A stretch of 64,000 nt of DNA from NCBI GenBank assembly GCA_029261055.1, contig JAJDCA010000037.1, forward strand, positions 82,818 to 146,817, given 5' to 3'. The notes beneath the pieces are model-generated. The model searched no databases. It was not told where the DNA came from and saw only the letters and a program-made list of their open reading frames with translations. Shown here piece by piece: positions 40,149-48,769 of this stretch. Position numbers and translations under genes: made by a program. How positions within the stretch are numbered: the first letter of the stretch is position 1; each line of letters opens with the position of its first letter. Source of the DNA: Candidatus Omnitrophota bacterium. Its GTDB lineage: Bacteria; Omnitrophota; Gorgyraeia; Zapsychrales; Zapsychraceae.

Positions 40149-40971
40149 TAGATAGACCGCTTGGCTCTACTCCAGACTTGAACTCTAAATTTGTATCGTA
40201 CTTGTCGTTTTTGCCAGAATGTATACGTTTTCCTATTTTTTCATTGTAATCTTTTCTGGTCATCCAGCGGAACATAGCAGCCTCGTTCCCGACCTCGCTA
40301 CGAATAGTTGGATTCTGTAAGTCTTTTATTAGTGTTGTAAAATTTACAGCTTGGTCAGAGCTGTTCTTGAGTCTCTGCTCACGAGTTACATTTAGTGACT
40401 TTTCACATTCTTTAATAACGCTATTGCAGTCACCAATCTCCTTACTCTTGTTTGCTATCCACTTTCGCTGTTCCTCTTTCTCCTGGTCTGTTAATTTTTT
40501 ATTCAGTTCTATTGCATTGAAGCTATCTAAAGCACGTTTCTCTTCGGCCATAAACCGCAATAGTCTAACTTCAGCCAATGTTTTTCTATGTAGCGTATCT
40601 TTTTCAGCTGATGTCATAGTCTCGATAGTTGGGTCCATCATAAAATCCATGTAGCGCTCTTGGTAAAACTCTATTTCATGTTTCTGCAACACAGCTTTAG
40701 TCTGTTTAAACTGTGCTGTTCTTTTTAACTCTGCCAACAAAAATGACTCTTTATCGCCTTGGCTTAGTCCAGAAATGTAAGATCCACGATACTGACCCTC
40801 TATGTCTTTCTTTGGTTCTGTAGCCTTGGTCAACTTCATTCGTTCTCGTGTTTTTGTTACAGATGCACGAGTTCTATCAAGCCTATTTGCTATCTGCTGA
40901 TCTGTTAAAAGCAGATAATTAGCAGAAAGAAAATTTTTATCGTCTTGTGACCACTTGCCTCTTTTTGCCAT
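40120..40971 (-). CDS. HTH/Myb-like protein (candidate terminase small subunit)
   Basis: Start moved to MAKRG (AAGGA RBS); KWSQDDKNFL..TDQQIANRLDRTRASV HTH followed by a coiled coil; three genes upstream of terL. Confidence 0.55.
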   Translation of the reverse strand: MAKRGKWSQDDKNFLSANYLLLTDQQIANRLDRTRASVTKTRERMKLTKATEPKKDIEGQYRGSYISGLSQGDKESFLLAELKRTAQFKQTKAVLQKHEIEFYQERYMDFMMDPTIETMTSAEKDTLHRKTLAEVRLLRFMAEEKRALDSFNAIELNKKLTDQEKEEQRKWIANKSKEIGDCNSVIKECEKSLNVTREQRLKNSSDQAVNFTTLIKDLQNPTIRSEVGNEAAMFRWMTRKDYNEKIGKRIHSGKNDKYDTNLEFKSGVEPSGLSNDFTGDGSG

Positions 40972-40973
40972 GT

Positions 40974-41537
40974 TTATCCTTTGACTAGGCGACCTGTACA
41001 TTCATCGCATTGGGTGGACCCTTGAACCTTTGTGTCAAACTGACGATGACAGACATCGCAAACGCACTTGAATAATGAAATTCTACGATTAGTTTGTGTT
41101 ACACTTGCTTTACCTGGCCTCACTGCTTTTCCATTTGCATCTACTTCCGGTGGCGGAATAAGCTCACTCTCAAGCATCGGTGGCTGATTATCAGAATCAT
41201 TGTTAGTTTCTGTGGGTTTGGGCTCTACGGATACCGTGGGCTCTGCCTTTTGTAATGTGGACACATGTGTTTCTTGCGGCTTTTTTACAACTAGTGGTTT
41301 TGCCTCATTACTTTCACCCTCTATTGGAGATATAGGCAATGAAACTTCTCCGCCATTTAAACTCTTGTAGAATATGTAAAAACCATCACAATTAGGACAA
41401 CTTACATATGATGCATCTCTATTCCCTTCCATTAATGGCGCAAGATTAGACATAAAACTATCATCTATCCCTTTTGCCATTTTTAAATCTGCTGACCCTC
41501 CCAGCCATCCACAGCTTCCACACATTGAAATGATCAT
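40974..41537 (-). CDS. Double zinc-ribbon protein
   Basis: CGSC..CPNC at the N-terminus, CDVC..CDEC at the C-terminus, Pro/Glu-rich linker. Confidence 0.7.
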   Translation of the reverse strand: MIISMCGSCGWLGGSADLKMAKGIDDSFMSNLAPLMEGNRDASYVSCPNCDGFYIFYKSLNGGEVSLPISPIEGESNEAKPLVVKKPQETHVSTLQKAEPTVSVEPKPTETNNDSDNQPPMLESELIPPPEVDANGKAVRPGKASVTQTNRRISLFKCVCDVCHRQFDTKVQGSTQCDECTGRLVKG

Positions 41538-41549
41538 CAGTACCTCTCC

Positions 41550-42260
41550 TTAGTATATATTGTAGCCTTGTAGTGCATCTCTTAATGCCTTTTTTAGTAT
41601 TTTTTGCTCTTCTTCTTGCAAGAGTTCAATATCGTAATTTACATCTTTTAACTTATTGAATAGTGGATGGAAGGCGGACGGAAGATTTAAGCTGATATGC
41701 TCTAATATATCTAAAGTACTTTCATGTGATCCGCTATTTTCATCTTTTAGTATAGTAGAATCTAGTGATGCTGCATTATTTGCACTCATTTTAGCCTTTA
41801 AGAACTTTTCATGAGCTTCATATTTCTCACACTTCATTTTATCCTTATATTTCATACAGTCATGATTGCCAGCCTTAGATGCCACCTTATCCCACAATGG
41901 ACAACGAAAACAGGGCTTATTATGCTTGTATACTAGTGCTCTTTTTATATCTCTAATTCTATTTTCTGCTACGACAGAGAAAAAAGTACGCAGCCTTACC
42001 CCTCGCTCTGGTTTAAACTTATCAATTGATAGCCAGAGCTTCATTCTAATCTCTTGTGCTATGTCTTCCATTGATAGGTATACTATTTTCCAGTGCTTTG
42101 CAGCCTTACTCGTTGCAACACTTTCTATTATTTCCTTTATTTCTTTCTCTGTTAATTCTGCATCTTTAGGTGTCTTCTGTTTCTTCTTCTGAGTCTTCAA
42201 TTGTGTTTTCTTCGATGATTTTTCTTTTTTCTTCTTCACTTTCCGGTGCCTCTCCGCCAA
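41550..42260 (-). CDS. Sigma70-family RNA polymerase sigma factor with Cys-rich insert
   Basis: Region 2 pattern EDIAQEIRMKLWLSIDKFKPERGVRLRTFFSVVAENRIRD; likely start is GTG 42239 after GGAGAGG. Confidence 0.8.
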   Translation of the reverse strand: MAERHRKVKKKKEKSSKKTQLKTQKKKQKTPKDAELTEKEIKEIIESVATSKAAKHWKIVYLSMEDIAQEIRMKLWLSIDKFKPERGVRLRTFFSVVAENRIRDIKRALVYKHNKPCFRCPLWDKVASKAGNHDCMKYKDKMKCEKYEAHEKFLKAKMSANNAASLDSTILKDENSGSHESTLDILEHISLNLPSAFHPLFNKLKDVNYDIELLQEEEQKILKKALRDALQGYNIY

Positions 42261-42339
42261 ACTTTTTTACCGACTTAGATCTGGCGAGAACCTCAGACTT
42301 TGCGCGTACTTTGACAACTTTTACTTTTTTCTTGCTCAT
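42166..42339 (-). CDS. Small basic/acidic protein (57 aa) overlapping the sigma 5' end
   Basis: Below the ORF-track cutoff; AGGAG RBS; MSKKKVKVVKVRAKSEVLARSKSVKKFGGEAPESEEEKRKIIEENTIEDSEEETEDT. Confidence 0.55.
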   Translation of the reverse strand: MSKKKVKVVKVRAKSEVLARSKSVKKFGGEAPESEEEKRKIIEENTIEDSEEETEDT

Positions 42340-42931
42340 GAACATCTCCTTTTACTGTAATGCTATTTTTTTCACAATATTTATCTACTCCCTTTGTACT
42401 GTTTGTAAATCCAATCATATAGCGAGCATTTTCTATTGTCGTATTTGCTAATTCTAGAAATTCTATATCTCCGAATAGTAGGCAAATGTCTCTAGCCTTT
42501 GAATTATTTAAAATTCTATTTATATGTATAGCGCTCAAATCCTCTTCTGTTGCATATGATTTACTTCTGTGTATTTTATTATCTAATAAATCTGGCCCTA
42601 TACTTAATACAAAGTGTATTTTGGACGTTTCATTACAATACTCTGATGTTATATTATAATTATACCTACAATATAAATTATTGTCAGAAGTAATTTCTTC
42701 GGCAATAGACAGCAGTTGACTTATTTCTTCCATATTGCATCTAACAAACAGTATTCCGTTTTTTGTTTTTAAACGACTCAATGTATTTAATATTGTTTTT
42801 TTCATATCGTAAATATCGTTGCCTGAAACTGTATAGAATGCTAATCTAATGGAATTTGGCTTAGTGTATTTTTTAATATCGTGCCAAGATTTGTTATGCT
42901 CTGCGGCACTATAGACCACATTTAATTCCAT
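42293..42931 (-). CDS. Degenerate N4/N6 DNA methyltransferase-like protein
   Basis: PNSIRLAFY..LSRLKTKNGILFV..INRILNNS..DICL..RYMIGF follows the beta-class MTase layout, but DPPY and FxGxG are absent. Confidence 0.5.
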   Translation of the reverse strand: MELNVVYSAAEHNKSWHDIKKYTKPNSIRLAFYTVSGNDIYDMKKTILNTLSRLKTKNGILFVRCNMEEISQLLSIAEEITSDNNLYCRYNYNITSEYCNETSKIHFVLSIGPDLLDNKIHRSKSYATEEDLSAIHINRILNNSKARDICLLFGDIEFLELANTTIENARYMIGFTNSTKGVDKYCEKNSITVKGDVHEQEKSKSCQSTRKV

Positions 42932-42934
42932 CAG

Positions 42935-43396
42935 CTATTCCCCACTACTCCCAAAAGATCCGTCCGAACGACTGGTATTTGTTATTTTATTAACTTCGTT
43001 ATACTGTACATTTGGCAGTTCTAGTATTACTGCCTGACATACCCTGTCTCCAACTCTATAGATGTTATCTATATCTTGAGTATTTTTTTCGTAGCTACCT
43101 TTCGTAAGTCTAAATCTTACACGTACTTCACCCAAGAATCCAGAATCCACAACTCCAACCGCATTGGCTAATTGCAAGTTTTTCTTAGAGATGCTACTAC
43201 GAGGAAATAGAAACATTCCATATCCAGCAGGCACATTAAAGGCAAGACCTATTCCGTACTCTACATACTGGTCTGACACAGCTATACTCGTTGCTGTTAG
43301 GTCAAAGCCAGCATCGTGTTCGTGAGCATGAAATGGCTCTCTTGCTTTGGGATGTAATTTCTTAAAAGAAATATTTGTAACTTGTTTATTTAGCAT
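42935..43396 (-). CDS. dut: Trimeric dUTPase
   Basis: AGFDL, PRSS, GVVDSGFLGE, GDRVCQ, R..GSFGSSG motifs. Confidence 0.95.
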   Translation of the reverse strand: MLNKQVTNISFKKLHPKAREPFHAHEHDAGFDLTATSIAVSDQYVEYGIGLAFNVPAGYGMFLFPRSSISKKNLQLANAVGVVDSGFLGEVRVRFRLTKGSYEKNTQDIDNIYRVGDRVCQAVILELPNVQYNEVNKITNTSRSDGSFGSSGE

Positions 43397-43408
43397 TAAT
43401 TTACCTTT

Positions 43409-45364
43409 CTATTGGATTTCACAGGCTCCACCCTGACAACTGATTTCCTTTGATCCTGTAGTATTGTCATCTATTTCAAATTTAGAGAGTTGACTATAAT
43501 CTATTTTTGGTAATTGTTTTTTCATTATGTTGTATTTTTTTTCATTTATAGATTCAAAAGGGGGCTGTTCGTAGTGTCCAGAATCAAACGGTAAAAACGA
43601 AACGCCGGTAATATATTTCCAGTTTTTATACACCCAGTTACCAACCTCCAGCCACTCGTCTTCTTTAACAAATATTGTGGCGCTAGCATTATGTTCACAC
43701 CAATGCTCCTGAATCTTTTTATAGTGTTCAAGCTGCTCAATAGCCGTCATGTCGTCTCTTAGTACAGACCCTTTGGGGGCAGCTACAGGGAACGATACAA
43801 CCCATGTATTAACCTTATCTTCCGTCCATCTCTTTCCCTTTTCATATATTATACACTTTTCTATATCACCCTTTTGTGCCATTTTCCAATCCTTCAATCG
43901 TTCTCCGTTTTCTGGTGACATCGGAAAGTTTTGATCTTTTAGCATTTGACACAGGGGATCTATAGAGGAGATTCTATAGCGCCTAATATAGAATTTAGAG
44001 AAACGACCATGTATTCCAGACGACGAGTTTACTAATTGTGAAACTGTTCCAGATGGTTTTACTGTGGTGATAGCTGTAGAGAAATTAATCCCAAGAACCT
44101 TTGATGCCTTTTTGGCGATCTTAATAGCTTTCTTTTTCATTGCTTTTAGTGCTATTGGGGTCAACATATCAATATTGTCCATCTGTCCAGTTAACGATAT
44201 TCCCAATAGCCTCTCTTCATTACAGTTTCTCTTCCACTTTTGAGATAGGTAAGAAAAATTTGTATAAGTTGATTGAAGCGCCCCTAACCATGCTGCTGTT
44301 TCTATTTTATCTAAGATATCGTCTAGGTCATCATTTGGACGAATAACAACTTCGGTCAAGTTACACATTTGGCATGATCTTAAAATTATCTCAGCACACG
44401 GATTACATCCTGCTAAAAGATTTGTTTTTCGTCTATCCGGTGATCTCTTTATTGCACCCTCTAGATTAAAAATCCCTCTTTCTCCAGTTCCGCTTTTTGC
44501 TAAAGCAGACCACTCTTCCATAAAACTAATAGCCCCAGGCTTATCCCTATATATTGTTGATATATTCGCCATCGCTCTATGTAATGGAAATGGCCAAGTC
44601 TTGGCCCCTCTAATTTCTTTGTCTGATAAGTCTGATAGAGCCAATTGAGAGCTTCTTCTAACACCCCCTACAACAACTACTTCAGCTATTTTATTTAAAA
44701 TATCCAAGCACTCAATAGATTTTAGCTGTCTGCCCTGCGCCTCAATAAAAATCATTCTAATAAAGTCGTGAAGAGTTATTAGTGGTTGTTTGCCAGAAGA
44801 CCTTCCTCCAAATGTTTTTAATCTTGCTCCCTTTGGTCTAAGTAATCCATAATCAAAGTCCATATCTTTTCCAGCATATAGTGCCTTCATAAGATATTTA
44901 ACAGAATCAGCCCATCCCTCTTTTGAATCTGGAACTATGAAGGTTCCTGCACCTTCTCCAAGCATCTTGCTGATGGTTGGTAATTTATCTACATATTTAT
45001 TTTCTACAGAAAATCCATAACCAGTTCCACACATTAGAATGTACAAACATTCAGCAAACGCCTCAATGCAGTCAATATTTTGATAGGAGCAATTATATAG
45101 TGCTGCATGAACTTTATTTCCAGCGTCTCCAGCAGCCCATAATGCCCTCATGCTGCCCATAACTGAAAAATTTAACATATAGTTTCTAGCTTTACGAAAC
45201 ACCTTTTGTGGAACACTATCACCATTGCCCTGTTCTAAAAACGTAATATATCTATCTACTGTCTCATCCCATGTTTCTCTGCGATTTTCCTCTTCTAGCC
45301 AACGCGAATAAGTCCTGGTGTACACAAATTCAGCCGCTTCATTTGCAAACTCTACTCTACTCAT
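43409..45364 (-). CDS. nrdJ: Class II (B12-dependent) ribonucleotide reductase
   Basis: Start moved to MSRVEF (AGGAG RBS); RTYSR, YNCSY, GGVRRSS, NPCAEI, TVKPSGTVS, C-terminal CQGGAC. Confidence 0.93.
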   Translation of the reverse strand: MSRVEFANEAAEFVYTRTYSRWLEEENRRETWDETVDRYITFLEQGNGDSVPQKVFRKARNYMLNFSVMGSMRALWAAGDAGNKVHAALYNCSYQNIDCIEAFAECLYILMCGTGYGFSVENKYVDKLPTISKMLGEGAGTFIVPDSKEGWADSVKYLMKALYAGKDMDFDYGLLRPKGARLKTFGGRSSGKQPLITLHDFIRMIFIEAQGRQLKSIECLDILNKIAEVVVVGGVRRSSQLALSDLSDKEIRGAKTWPFPLHRAMANISTIYRDKPGAISFMEEWSALAKSGTGERGIFNLEGAIKRSPDRRKTNLLAGCNPCAEIILRSCQMCNLTEVVIRPNDDLDDILDKIETAAWLGALQSTYTNFSYLSQKWKRNCNEERLLGISLTGQMDNIDMLTPIALKAMKKKAIKIAKKASKVLGINFSTAITTVKPSGTVSQLVNSSSGIHGRFSKFYIRRYRISSIDPLCQMLKDQNFPMSPENGERLKDWKMAQKGDIEKCIIYEKGKRWTEDKVNTWVVSFPVAAPKGSVLRDDMTAIEQLEHYKKIQEHWCEHNASATIFVKEDEWLEVGNWVYKNWKYITGVSFLPFDSGHYEQPPFESINEKKYNIMKKQLPKIDYSQLSKFEIDDNTTGSKEISCQGGACEIQ

Positions 45365-45374
45365 GCTTCTCCTA

Positions 45375-46550
45375 TTAGTGCAAATTATGCTCATTGGCTT
45401 TGCGGGTGTAGAATTTACCACCGACCTCAGCAAAATCCCTAACATCTGTATAGTTGAATACAACATCTTTGGTTTCTGTGTCTACATGAATAATAATAAA
45501 CCCATTTGACCATTTTTCACCATCGCAATATGATGCATCCCTATAATGCATACCTCCCAACTGATGCCATTCATATGATCTGCGATTTACGTTATAATCA
45601 TGCCAAACTAAATGATGATGATGATGCCCATTAATTCCTGGCATTCCAGCAATATTACGACCCTGCGGTTCATGATGAACCAAAAATGCGTCATCGTATA
45701 TTTTGAAACTACGAGCAACTTGATTATTTTCGTCACCCTTATTCCATGCAGTAAGGTCAGCTTTGCCAATATAATTTATCTCAAATTTATCTAACCCCAA
45801 CATTTCTCTAACGCCCATATTATGAACTTCAGAGAGTATTGACATTGTTGCTGCATCAGCATTACACATATGCTTAACTAATCTAAGCTCGTGATTGCCT
45901 TCAATCATGTCGATCTGTGCATCACCAGCGGCTTTGCGAACTGGTTTTAGTATCTTTTCGTGAACAAATTTAATTCTGCCAGCGGCATCCCATGTGCGAG
46001 GATCTACTGGAAATCTACCAAACTCTGGCAGGTCAAATATGTCTCCGGCCAGTATCACTCCTGCTAATTGTCCAGCCTTTTTAATACGTGATATTGTATC
46101 AACAAACACTCGCAGGCAAAAGGGATCGCACTCTTTATCGTGGAAGTCTGATGCTGCAACGTATGTTTTTATTCTTCCTTTGGCTGGACGACTAAACTTG
46201 TCCGCCCAAGTTGCTCTCTCAGCATTCATTTTCCTATATATATCAGCATCTTTATGCTTGGCAATATCATTGGCTAGTTTTTTCTGCCCCCTAGTTGGGG
46301 TTATGTTTGCCGCCCTTTGAAATGCCGGAAATGTTCCAAAGTACTTCTCCCAGTGAGAGTCTTTTATCTGTGTTCTGGTTCTAAAGTATCCTCTGCTTAG
46401 CGTGGTACATCCATCATCTTGACGAAACTGCCAAAGTCCCTTTATCAATGTTATGAAATCCTGCTCTGTTAGTTTACTGGCTATTTTGTCTGGTATTTTC
46501 TTTCCAGATTTAATAGCATCATTGAAATATTCTGTTTTTGTTTTTGACAA
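45375..46550 (-). CDS. Calcineurin-like metallophosphoesterase with N-terminal extension
   Basis: SDFH, GDIFD, GNHE, HH, GHHH motifs; TTG start after GGAGG. Confidence 0.85.
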   Translation of the reverse strand: MSKTKTEYFNDAIKSGKKIPDKIASKLTEQDFITLIKGLWQFRQDDGCTTLSRGYFRTRTQIKDSHWEKYFGTFPAFQRAANITPTRGQKKLANDIAKHKDADIYRKMNAERATWADKFSRPAKGRIKTYVAASDFHDKECDPFCLRVFVDTISRIKKAGQLAGVILAGDIFDLPEFGRFPVDPRTWDAAGRIKFVHEKILKPVRKAAGDAQIDMIEGNHELRLVKHMCNADAATMSILSEVHNMGVREMLGLDKFEINYIGKADLTAWNKGDENNQVARSFKIYDDAFLVHHEPQGRNIAGMPGINGHHHHHLVWHDYNVNRRSYEWHQLGGMHYRDASYCDGEKWSNGFIIIHVDTETKDVVFNYTDVRDFAEVGGKFYTRKANEHNLH

Positions 46551-46558
46551 GGTTCCTC

Positions 46559-47656
46559 CTACTTTAGTCCGTGAGCACCATTTTCTCCATAGCCAAGCGG
46601 TGTCACTGGTGTAAATATAGCATTTTCATACATTTCTTTAATAGTTCCTGCGTTCAGATATGTCATGCCGGAACGTAATCCTCCAATTAGATCATCCACG
46701 ACACATTCTACTGGCCCCCTACACTCTACCAATGACAACTCACCCTCTGGTGTTCTCTTTTTCGCTATGCCGTCCCAGCCATCCATTGCTGACTGCGATG
46801 CCATGCCTTGATATTTTTTAAATCTAGGCCCTTCACTATATCCTGGACCACTGATACCGACCTCACCATCTTTAAATTGGTGCGGCCCACTAGTTACTAT
46901 TTCTCCTGGAGTTTGATCGGTTCCTGCTAATAAGCTACCCAGCATTACAGAAGAGGCACCAGCGCTTAGTGCTTTGACTATATCTGAAGAGTTCCTAACA
47001 CCACCGTCTGCTATTACAGGCACATTGTACTTTTTAGACGCAGCCGAACATTCTAGGACAGAGGAAAACTGTGGTACTCCGCAGCCAGTAACTACTCTAG
47101 TTATGCACAGTGAACCGCAACCCACTCCGACCTTTATAGCATCTGCGCCAGCTTCACACAGCCTCTTTGTCCCTTCTTCTGTGGCTACGTTTCCGGCTAT
47201 CACATCCCATTCTGGGTATGTCTTTTTTATATATGTAATGAGATCGACTACACGTTCACAATCACCATGCGCAACGTCAACGCAGACTCCAGTAGCTAAC
47301 CTATCTTTATGCTCATAGATTGCTCGCAGCGTCTCTTTATTTCCCTTGCCTAAGCCTATCGAAAAAAACCTATTCTCACAACCGTAAAGTTCTGCCTCTA
47401 AAAGATTCTTTATCATATCTTCGCATGACATAAATCTGTGCAATATGGCTGCACCACCCATTTCGTCCATAGCCACCATCATGCCACTCTCTGTAACGGT
47501 GTTCATATTTGATGCTATAATGGGAATGTTTATAGACTTGTTTTTGGTAAATTTTGTTGTCGTGGTAACGTCATCGCCATATCTAGACACTTTATCTGTA
47601 TATTGCGGCCTCAATAGGACATCATCATAGCTGAGTCCATAATCTGTGAATTTCAA
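46559..47656 (-). CDS. IMPDH/GMP reductase family enzyme lacking CBS domains
   Basis: YDDVLLRP, SNMNTV, VDVAHG, AGNVAT, KVGVGCGSLCITR, IADGG, MLGSLLAGT, GGLRSGMTY. Confidence 0.92.
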   Translation of the reverse strand: MKFTDYGLSYDDVLLRPQYTDKVSRYGDDVTTTTKFTKNKSINIPIIASNMNTVTESGMMVAMDEMGGAAILHRFMSCEDMIKNLLEAELYGCENRFFSIGLGKGNKETLRAIYEHKDRLATGVCVDVAHGDCERVVDLITYIKKTYPEWDVIAGNVATEEGTKRLCEAGADAIKVGVGCGSLCITRVVTGCGVPQFSSVLECSAASKKYNVPVIADGGVRNSSDIVKALSAGASSVMLGSLLAGTDQTPGEIVTSGPHQFKDGEVGISGPGYSEGPRFKKYQGMASQSAMDGWDGIAKKRTPEGELSLVECRGPVECVVDDLIGGLRSGMTYLNAGTIKEMYENAIFTPVTPLGYGENGAHGLK

Positions 47657-47695
47657 TATAACCTACCTTGGTATTTAATTTTAATGGCTGTTTGG

Positions 47696-47708
47696 AGTAT
47701 AATATACG
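47696..47708 (-). promoter_or_regulatory. Putative promoter motif CGTATATTATACT
   Basis: Intergenic, upstream of the IMPDH/GMPR-RNR-dUTPase-sigma-terminase run. Confidence 0.6.
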
Positions 47709-47716
47709 ACAATATA

Positions 47717-48658
47717 CTATTCTTCAATGGCTTTTCTCATCATTGTTGCCAAGTCTTGAATCTCGCGTTGCGCGTGTGAATGTTCTCGTAATCCCAAAAC
47801 CCTCTCCATTGCCTTGTTGGTGGCTGTCATGTAAACTTTACTCATCATATTCTGCGGTAGTATCATTCTTGCCATTTCTGGGGCAGTGCCATTTTCTAAC
47901 ATTGTATTATATGCTAATAAACTTCTATCAAGTGTATTTTCTAATTCATCATTATTCATGTATTGAATATCTAAATCAACTTCATCTCCGCTACCCTGCT
48001 TTATACTCTTGTCTGGTCTTTTTCTCCACACCTTGGGTTTAAAAAATTTAGGCTTGTCATCTACGTACCGTCTAGATACTTCGTTGTATGTTACTCCAAC
48101 ATTTGACCTCATCAGCTGTCGAAAGACGAATATTGGTGCCTCTATTAGTAGTGTCACACATTCCGACTCTAGCTCTTCAAAATTTAATGATTCTGTTATA
48201 TTCTTGGGTTCTCCAAATTTATTTATAATGGCATCATATGAAATTGGAGCCTTTTTACGAATACAGTTTAGCACTTGAGATGGTATTTCTGGAGGAGGAT
48301 TAGTTAGCCATCCATACAACGAATCTTCTATTATGACTGTTCCAGCACCGTATGGATCTGATTTATCGACTTCGAATACTGATCCTGGTGATGTTGATAG
48401 CCACTTTGCTAGCTGCCATGTCAAACTTACGCTAAACTTAAACCTATATCTAGCATGGGTTAATGGCGTAAAATGATTGTTATTTACTAAATATTTAATA
48501 AGTCCATCGTCTGGTCCCATGCCATTTTCGGATTTTCTAGCATCTGCTTCCGGTGTATTTGACATTACAATATTATCAACGGTTTTGTCCATCGAAACAC
48601 GAGCGGAATTAACAACCGTTAGGTCGCTATTATTATGATTAATTCTTAATACTTTCAT
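47717..48658 (-). CDS. thyX: Flavin-dependent thymidylate synthase
   Basis: VVNSARVS, HFTP, APIFVFRQLMR, NEVSRRYV, APEMARMILPQ, HAQREI. Confidence 0.9.
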   Translation of the reverse strand: MKVLRINHNNSDLTVVNSARVSMDKTVDNIVMSNTPEADARKSENGMGPDDGLIKYLVNNNHFTPLTHARYRFKFSVSLTWQLAKWLSTSPGSVFEVDKSDPYGAGTVIIEDSLYGWLTNPPPEIPSQVLNCIRKKAPISYDAIINKFGEPKNITESLNFEELESECVTLLIEAPIFVFRQLMRSNVGVTYNEVSRRYVDDKPKFFKPKVWRKRPDKSIKQGSGDEVDLDIQYMNNDELENTLDRSLLAYNTMLENGTAPEMARMILPQNMMSKVYMTATNKAMERVLGLREHSHAQREIQDLATMMRKAIEE

Positions 48659-48747
48659 TTTTCTCCAATCTACAATGAATTTCGGTCTACTTCCAATTAT
48701 ATTATAACTATAATTATGTTTCTTGCTATATATTTCTATTCACAAAG

Positions 48748-48760
48748 CGTATTATAAGTA
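48748..48760 (+). promoter_or_regulatory. Putative late promoter motif CGTATTATAAGTA
   Basis: Same motif, now on the plus strand, in front of the plus-strand fibre gene. Confidence 0.6.
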
Positions 48761-48769
48761 GATACAACA

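Noticed and set aside
42239-42270. -1 frameshift at A_AAA_AAG fusing the 57-aa ORF to the sigma factor
   Set aside because: Sigma is in the +1 frame; the -1 frame reaches TGA within a few codons.
116-48278. Many plus-strand ORFs in the track (e.g. 4298..4846, 15658..16203, 19561..20103, 34506..35087)
   Set aside because: They are antisense shadows of long minus-strand genes, Ser/Leu/Phe-rich and without recognisable motifs.
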